From Azolla caroliniana (taxonomy: Eukaryota > Plantae > Polypodiophyta): DNA of 14,667 bases. Below are positions 1 through 9,035 of the stretch, one piece after another (within the stretch, counting starts at the first letter, position 1; each line of letters opens with the position of its first letter). The DNA is taken from assembly GCA_043228905.1 (NCBI GenBank), contig JBHGNT010000849.1:1-14667 (forward strand), written 5' to 3'. Both the position numbers and the translations under genes were made by a program. Under the pieces are notes generated by a model. It made no database searches, was not told the DNA's origin, and was given only the letters and a program-made list of their open reading frames with translations.

Positions 1-43
1 TATCGTGATTGGAATAATAATAAAAAGAGATGGTTTTTTTTAC

Positions 44-779
44 CGTCTTGTCGGGACCCATGACATGAAGGGCCCGAGAAGGCCGAGGATTGCCAGATGC
101 ATCCTTCTCGTCGGGATCCGTCATGTTGAGTTGCGAGGTTATCTTCCTGTCAAGGTCCGCGAGGATAGGATAGCTGATCGAAACCCCGGGCTACATAACA
201 ATAAAAAAACAAGGAAACAGATCAAGCAAGAACCTTTGGTCAACAATATATATATATAGAGAGAGAGAGGATTGCTTTCATTTACCGAGAATGCCTCAAT
301 GTCCTTGATCCAAGACTTGTGTTGGTCGACGGAATCATTGGAGATCCCGACCACTCTCACGTTCCGCTTCTCAAATTCGGGAACATATTTGGCCACGCTC
401 CCCAACTCCGTAGTACACACGGGTGTGAAATCGGCTGCCACAATTGGTTACGAAAATATATATATGTACATATATTACTACTATTTACTTCCAATTATAC
501 AAATAGTTTCTATATATTATTAGCCCCTATGTTCACATTTTCTTTATCCAATTTATGCATTAAGAGAAAAATAATGAATGTATGGAGCCATTTTTAGCAT
601 TTTAAGTAATGAAATGAAATATAGTCGGATCTTTGAATTGAAGAAGGAAGCACTACCATACCAGGGTGAGAGAAAATGATGGCCCAATTATCGCCCACGT
701 AATCGTAGAGCTTGAGGTGTCCGACAGTCGAATCGGCTTCCACATTCGGGATGGTATCACCAAGCGTCAAGCCAGGCAT
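44..779 (-). CDS. PER1: 1-Cys peroxiredoxin (Prx6 family, rehydrin/PER1-like); 3' part lies beyond the left window edge
   Basis: Exons read on the minus strand: 779-662 ([39 protein letters not shown]), 434-286 ([50 protein letters not shown]) and 190-44 ([49 protein letters not shown]). All junctions are GT..AG with consistent phases (1,0,0). [14 protein letters not shown] is the diagnostic 1-Cys Prx active-site motif. The donor GT at 43-42 opens an intron that leaves the window. Confidence 0.96.
248..269. repeat. Compound (TA)n(GA)n microsatellite in peroxiredoxin intron 2
   Basis: tatatatatatagagagagagag read directly. Confidence 0.85.
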
Positions 780-910
780 GATTATGAAGTGTTATTAATG
801 AAAATAATATATAATCTAAAAGATCTAGAAGTAAATACTCTTATAATTCTCTTAATCACTGAATCATTAGCAAACGATACACACAGTGCTGTAAAGAACA
901 TTGCTAACAT

Positions 911-960
911 TCTTATATTATAGACTTGGGTTCTTTGCATGTCTTCCAAGTGTCCATGCG
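911..960 (-). promoter_or_regulatory. Putative proximal promoter of the 1-Cys Prx (TATA-like, RY and ABRE-like motifs)
   Basis: Minus strand shows TATAATATAAG at ~922-912, RY core CATGCA at 941-936, and GACACTTGG (one mismatch to the ABRE GACACGTGG) at 954-946. A G-box CACGTG lies further out at 1558-1563. This fits the known ABA/desiccation expression of plant 1-Cys Prx, but such short motifs can occur by chance. Confidence 0.35.
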
Positions 961-1421
961 TTATGATTTGGGGTCATCATATCACACTATTTTTTTCGTG
1001 TTTTATCTTTTTAGTACTACTACTAGGTTGATGTCAATGCTCAAAATAGCCAATGGGATGCATTCCAAGTTAGTACTCTCCTCATAACTATGTACTTTTC
1101 TATGTTAGGTAGTTATACTTTTATATGTTAGGTTCACATGAGATTACACACCTGCCATCGAATAGGTCATTTTCTGATCCTCGTCGATTCTCCCCGATAC
1201 CTTTCTTCTGTTGAATTCACATTATGCACTTGGTATTGGGTTCACATGACTACCTAGTTGCAATTTGCCATCACAAATAGTCCTTGATTTCCCTAAATTA
1301 TACCAATACCTTGTGTTGAGCTTTAAATGTGACACACTTTCGTATTTCATTTGGGGGGGGGGGGGTTGAAATCATTTGAGTAACTCATTGTCATTGTCTA
1401 TCTTCATAATATGAGAATTGA

Positions 1422-1508
1422 CCACAACAATGTGAGAAAGCAATGATTTAATGGTGATGTGCCACAACAATGTGAGAAAGAAATTATTTAATGTCCTTGT
1501 GCCAAAAC
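1422..1508. repeat. 40-bp tandem duplication (two units plus a partial third)
   Basis: ccacaacaatgtgagaaag is exact at 1422-1440 and 1462-1480. Both units continue ...atttaatg...tgtgcca. Confidence 0.8.
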
Positions 1509-2745
1509 TTGATGTTGTCCTCTACAATTAGAACCCTTTTAATATGATGCGTGCCATCACGTGCATATCAATGCACCATGGATTATGTAGATAAGGGGAT
1601 CATCACCCCCCCAAATCTTTCGTGTTGTCTCCAAGTACATATCACTAAAGAAATGCATATTAGTGTTTACAATCTCTTTTAGGATGCAACCTTTTGACCA
1701 AATTGTAATTACTATAATGTTGTGTTTGTTTATGGTGCTCTCAAGTTGAAGTTGAGTCTCAACTATAAGAATAGAGATATGTTCTCATCTACAAACACCA
1801 AAAGATAGACTATGTACTTGTACGAATGTGTTAGGGAGGAATGAAGTATTTTTCCAAAATATCCAATGAGAAAATGCAACAAACAAATGAAAACCAACCA
1901 TTTCATCACAATGGTGAAGGACAAACAAATTGAAGGCACAAAGAAAATCACTTAGTGAATGATACTTTGAAATACAACTTCAAACAAAATTCGCAAAAGC
2001 AAAGCAAGATAAAAAAAAGGACAAAGCATAAAGAAAGGAAAGACTTCACATAAAAGGGTCCAGCTTCCCTTCTCTCTAAAGGTAGAACCTTTTGATCTTA
2101 TTGGTCGTAGATAGTTGGCAACCATTCACAACACCAAGTTCAGAAGACAACTACTAAGTCTCCAACACAAGACATTTTCTTCATTAGAATAAGTGTGTAG
2201 CAAGCATTCTACAAGACTAATGTCTTATATCCTCTCCTTGCAAAGTCAAAGGACTTTGTCACAACCCTTTCAGAATACACACATTCATTCAAAAATCAGA
2301 CATACAAATGTAATGAATAAAATGTTTGGCATAACCTACAAACATTTGAACGTTGTGAATGATTTAATCAAACATTCAACCATTTAAACTAAGAAGTCAT
2401 ATTCTAAGAATTGCACATCTAACGAAGTTTTTCCATCAGATTACACCATGCGGCCATACAACATTTGCAGAAGACATTGACTAAACCCAACCCCAAAATT
2501 TAGCTGAAACCCACAGCATGTCATGTCAGATTACACAATGTCACCTTCTTTGAAGACATACAAGCCAATCTATTGAAATCAAATCTTTTCAGCAACTCCC
2601 AATCAAAGACAATACCAAACTCAATAACACCATTAATACACTATCATCATCTCAAGACAACCCACACAAATTTACCCCAGAATATAGCTCGCAACCATTT
2701 GTCAGGATATCTGCATAAACATTTGTTCACTTCTATGAAGACATA

Positions 2746-2806
2746 CAGCAGACAATAGTAGATCTAGACAAATCATGTTTTCCAGCAGACATTAGTAGAT
2801 CTAGAC
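2746..2806. repeat. 24-bp direct repeat, period 37
   Basis: cagcagacaatagtagatctagac (2746-2769) versus cagcagacattagtagatctagac (2783-2806), one mismatch. Confidence 0.8.
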
Positions 2807-3156
2807 TGTCGAATCATCCTCAATAACAAAACCACAAGCACAAAACTGTAATAAACTTTTAAGCAATAAACTACTATGATGTTCATCATACTTGATCAAG
2901 CATTTCTAGTAGCCAATGATAAAAACATAAAAACACTTGAATTTCATTTAAATAATATTATGTATTTAGAAATTCATACTTGATAGATCATCCAGTACAG
3001 CAAATGATAAATAACTATAGTAGAAAAACAAAAAACCCTGCCACCGTCGATCCAAAACCCAAGTCTGCAAGACCCTTGATGACAACATACGGACTACCCA
3101 AACACAAACAAAGAAAAAACAGATGAAAAAAGTAAAACCAAGACGACACTCTTGGA

Positions 3157-3183
3157 TAGTAGTAGCAGTAGCAGTAGCAATAA
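3157..3183. repeat. (TAG/CAG)n microsatellite at the start of the EF1A 3'-UTR
   Basis: tagtagtagcagtagcagtagcaataa immediately follows the EF1A stop codon in transcript orientation. Confidence 0.7.
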
Positions 3184-3184
3184 T

Positions 3185-6077
<2,893 letters not shown>

Positions 6078-6117
6078 CTGCAGGTACCCGCGAATCGCAG
6101 AACAAGGCAGATGAGAA

Positions 6118-6260
6118 TTAGGGTTCGAAGCTTCGTTATAGAGTTAGGGCTTACGCATAAATTGGATAAATATATAGTAAACCCTAAACCCGCAATGCCT
6201 TTCGTGGTTGGCCTCGTCACCGTTAGATCCTTATCCGACGTCCCACACGCACACACGTGG
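6118..6260 (-). promoter_or_regulatory. EF1A core promoter: TATA box, telo-boxes, G-box
   Basis: TATATA on the minus strand at 6176-6171. Telo-box AAACCCTAA at 6179-6187 (+), AACCCTAA at 6125-6118 (-) and a variant GCCCTAA at 6150-6144 (-). CACGTG at 6254-6259. Telo-boxes are established elements of plant translation-machinery gene promoters, including EF1A. Confidence 0.75.
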
Positions 6261-6345
6261 AAATCTCTACTACTTTCCATTGCTTTCCTTGCTGCTATCC
6301 ATCCCACACATTGACCGACACAAATTCACGCATTCCCATTACCTC

Positions 6346-6541
6346 GGATGGATGGATGGATGCGCCTCGCATCACCCCACACATACATACATTAGTACAT
6401 ACATACATCCATACATTAGTACATACATCCGTACATACATACATGCATGCATATGTACATACATACATACATCCATCCATACATACATAACATTCATCCA
6501 TCCATCCATCCATCCATACATACATACATACATGTACATAT
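6346..6541. repeat. Compound tetranucleotide microsatellite: (GGAT)4 followed by ~160 bp of mixed (CATA)n/(CATC)n
   Basis: Read directly. It includes a higher-order repeat catacattagtacatacat at 6386-6404 and 6410-6428. Confidence 0.9.
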
Positions 6542-6766
6542 AAGGGTGTCTATTTGTCCGTCCCCCCCTCCCTCGCCCGCCCGCTCGCTCGCAGAACCAA
6601 TCGTTGGGATGCCCCACGACAACAACACCCATGCTAATTAACTCAACTCATATACTCCACTAATCATGCCCCACCTCGCCTCGCATGCATTTGTGCTCTT
6701 CTTTCCCATCGCATCACCTCACTTCCCATATTAGTCCATGATAGCCATTGGACAACGTTCGTGTTT

Positions 6767-7763
6767 TTTTTTCCTGGAGGCTGAAAATGCCAATAAGGAG
6801 TGTCGTAATTGGATGTAATGAATGGAGTGGCTGTCCAAACGATAAGAAACTCGTGTCGTCGAGCAATTTTAGCACCAGAATCTCAACTAGACCATCCCAT
6901 TGACCCTCCAGAGTATGAACTATGTCTAACCAAAATTTTGAAACCAATTCAGCTGGTGATGTTTTAAGTTGATGGAAAACGAGAGAGCACCAAGCCTTCT
7001 AGATGTGATATACAGTGGTACTACTCAATATCTCCCATATTGGTTGGACTTCCTTCTGTATTCCTGAAAACTATAATGATAGCAATGGTGATGTATGAAC
7101 ACTTCTAGATTTAGTGTAAAATCCATGGTCCATAGATTCGGTGTCACAATGGAACACATCACAGACAACTGATGTCGAAACCACCACGCCCCAAGTGAAA
7201 ACCAATGGGGGAAAATAGTTAGCAAAATTTCTAAGGAGACAATGCCATATCAGTTGAGACTCAATGCATTCCCATAAACAATGTTTTTGAGTTTCCGTTT
7301 GTAAATGGCATTGAGCACAACCAGAAGATACTCCCATCCTATGCAATCACGTGTCTTGGCAAGGCTTGGTCGGTGTACAAGTAACCATTGTACATGCAAT
7401 ATTTGGTGTGGCTATTTTCTTGCCCAAAAGATAGCCCATAAGTTTGCAAGAATTTGGGGAGTAATACCTCGTTGATTCCAATATTGAAATGCACTCGGTA
7501 ACACATCACGTGTGTATGAAAGCACATGTCTCTCCCAACGGTACAAAATATTGGAAGAAATTGAACTTGTTAGCCATAAAAGGATATGTCCATTGATAAA
7601 TAATTGGGTTCCAATCTAATCTAAATACTGGATTTTTAGCCAAGACCCACGACTTCCAATGTGCCCTTATTTCCTCTATCATTGGATCAATATACCATTT
7701 ATGGTCGGCATATCCAATGGCCCTTATCTTCTGTTCAATAGCATAAAAGCAATCTGTCACCAT
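6767..7763 (-). mobile_element. 5'-truncated, degenerate non-LTR retrotransposon (L1-type LINE ORF2 3' region with zinc-binding zf-RVT-like motif)
   Basis: Broken minus-strand frames include CAQCHLQTETQKHCLWECIESQLIW (C-x2-C...E-x3-H-x4-C...W), the motif found C-terminal to the RT domain of plant LINEs. The element ends in A9 on the minus strand (T-run 6764-6772). It is flanked by a 15-bp target duplication, acaacgttcgtgttt (6752-6766) and acaacgttcatgttt (7764-7778). Confidence 0.85.
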
Positions 7764-7781
7764 ACAACGTTCATGTTTGGG

Positions 7782-7979
7782 ATGGTATAGTTGGAGATTT
7801 TGATGCTAAAATTGCTCAACAACATGAGTTTCTTATCGTCTAAACAACTACTCCATTCGTGACATCCAATTACGACGAAACAACCATTCTCAACCTTCGA
7901 AATGGTTGTTTCCCCCGCCGAATCCTTGTATAAAATGTTTACACTAATGACAATATATCTTCTTTAAAAATAAAAATAA
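7782..7979 (+). mobile_element. Very short (~200 bp) 5'-truncated LINE 3' end of the same family, opposite orientation
   Basis: 7778-7876 is ~86% identical (14 differences in 99 aligned columns, counted by hand) to the reverse complement of 6802-6899. It ends in an A-rich tail taaaaataaaaataaa and is flanked by an exact 16-bp duplication aacgttcatgtttggg (7766-7781 and 7980-7995). Confidence 0.85.
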
Positions 7980-8886
7980 AACGTTCATGTTTGGGGCCCC
8001 AACATTAGCTCCTCTTACCTACATCCATTAATCTTTTATCATAGATCATTACCCTTACAGTATTCCTTTGATTCCTCTAGAATGTTCCCCCTCAAGGTAA
8101 ATATATGATCAATCTATCTCTTTTCCTTGATTATATGCACTCACTATATGAACGATTATATGCACTTCCGTTTTCTTCCTTTTGGGGTACTAAAAAAACA
8201 CAACTTTAACGTTATTGCCGATATTCACACCAAACCTACATTCATCTTTGGTTGTCCTCTATGACACACAAGTGTCGTTGCATTCTCAAACTTGTCAAAG
8301 AAGCTATGAATACCAACAAATGTGGGGAACATCAAACTTGTCTCACAAGACCCAAACCCTCAATTGTATCATTACGTTAAAAACTAGAAGCTTTGTTAGT
8401 AATTTTGCAAAACCACTTGACTTTCAGAATATAAATAAGGTAAATCGTAGATGTATACAAAAAATGTCTGTTGAAGGTAGTATTTTCGTATCATACATTA
8501 GCATGTAATGGTCTTGCTCATATATGAAGCCATGCACTAGATTAAACAAAGATATGCGAGGGAAACACAACTAACTCATGCATTCTAGTTAACAAAAGAC
8601 ATTTTGAAGACGATGATCGAATATATAAAACACAATATGAAATTTGTGAATGCAAGGTGGAAGGGATCGCATGTTTCTAAGTGCATGTTTGTGATTCAAA
8701 TTAATGAAGAAGTATGCGTAAAAAAGTATTCCTAGTAGTAGCCAAAAACTCGATCGAAATCGCAACCTTTGCGTGGCATACAAAAAAATATTGACCTCCA
8801 TGACATTGGAAAATAAATATATGTATGTAGTTTGTGGAAATTTGTAGAATCTCCCCTGATATTTGAAAATTGAAATCATTCTCATA

Positions 8887-8918
8887 CAAACGCAAACGCA
8901 AACGCAAACGCAAACGCA
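8887..8918. repeat. (CAAACG)5 hexanucleotide microsatellite upstream of the BASS gene
   Basis: Five exact units read directly. A (CT)n tract follows at ~8982-8993 in the likely 5'-UTR. Confidence 0.9.
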
Positions 8919-9035
8919 CGCCCCCTCCCCACACACACTCGCACTCTCTACAATTCAAGGAGAAATAATCATTCCACACCCTCTCTCTCTCTCGATAACG
9001 AAGAAGAAGGCGAAAAAGAAGAACTTCCCACAGCT

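Noticed and set aside
1750-1764. 15-bp odd palindrome agttgagtctcaact; also a 13-bp direct repeat gattatatgcact at 8129/8154
   Set aside because: Both are short and isolated, compatible with chance or local slippage.
2448-2460. atgcggccatac resembling the 5' end of 5S rRNA
   Set aside because: Only ~12 nt match, and the downstream sequence does not continue as 5S.
2589-2650. Box C (ATGATGA) and box D (CTGA) pair on the minus strand, snoRNA-like
   Set aside because: The span is short, the terminal stem is weak and I recognise no rRNA/snRNA guide. Such box pairs occur by chance in AT-rich DNA.
6597-6618. CCAAT...CCACG resembling an ER-stress element
   Set aside because: The spacer is 12 nt rather than the 9-10 nt of ERSE.
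6208-6641. Several overlapping ORFs (IHTY/MYV repeats) on both strands
   Set aside because: These are translations of the CATA/CATC microsatellite with no coding signature.
6802-7876. Reading the inverted repeat as the TIRs of a Pack-MULE-like DNA transposon that captured a LINE fragment
   Set aside because: The repeat is itself LINE ORF2 coding sequence, and each copy has its own A-tail and target duplication. Two retro-insertions explain this better.
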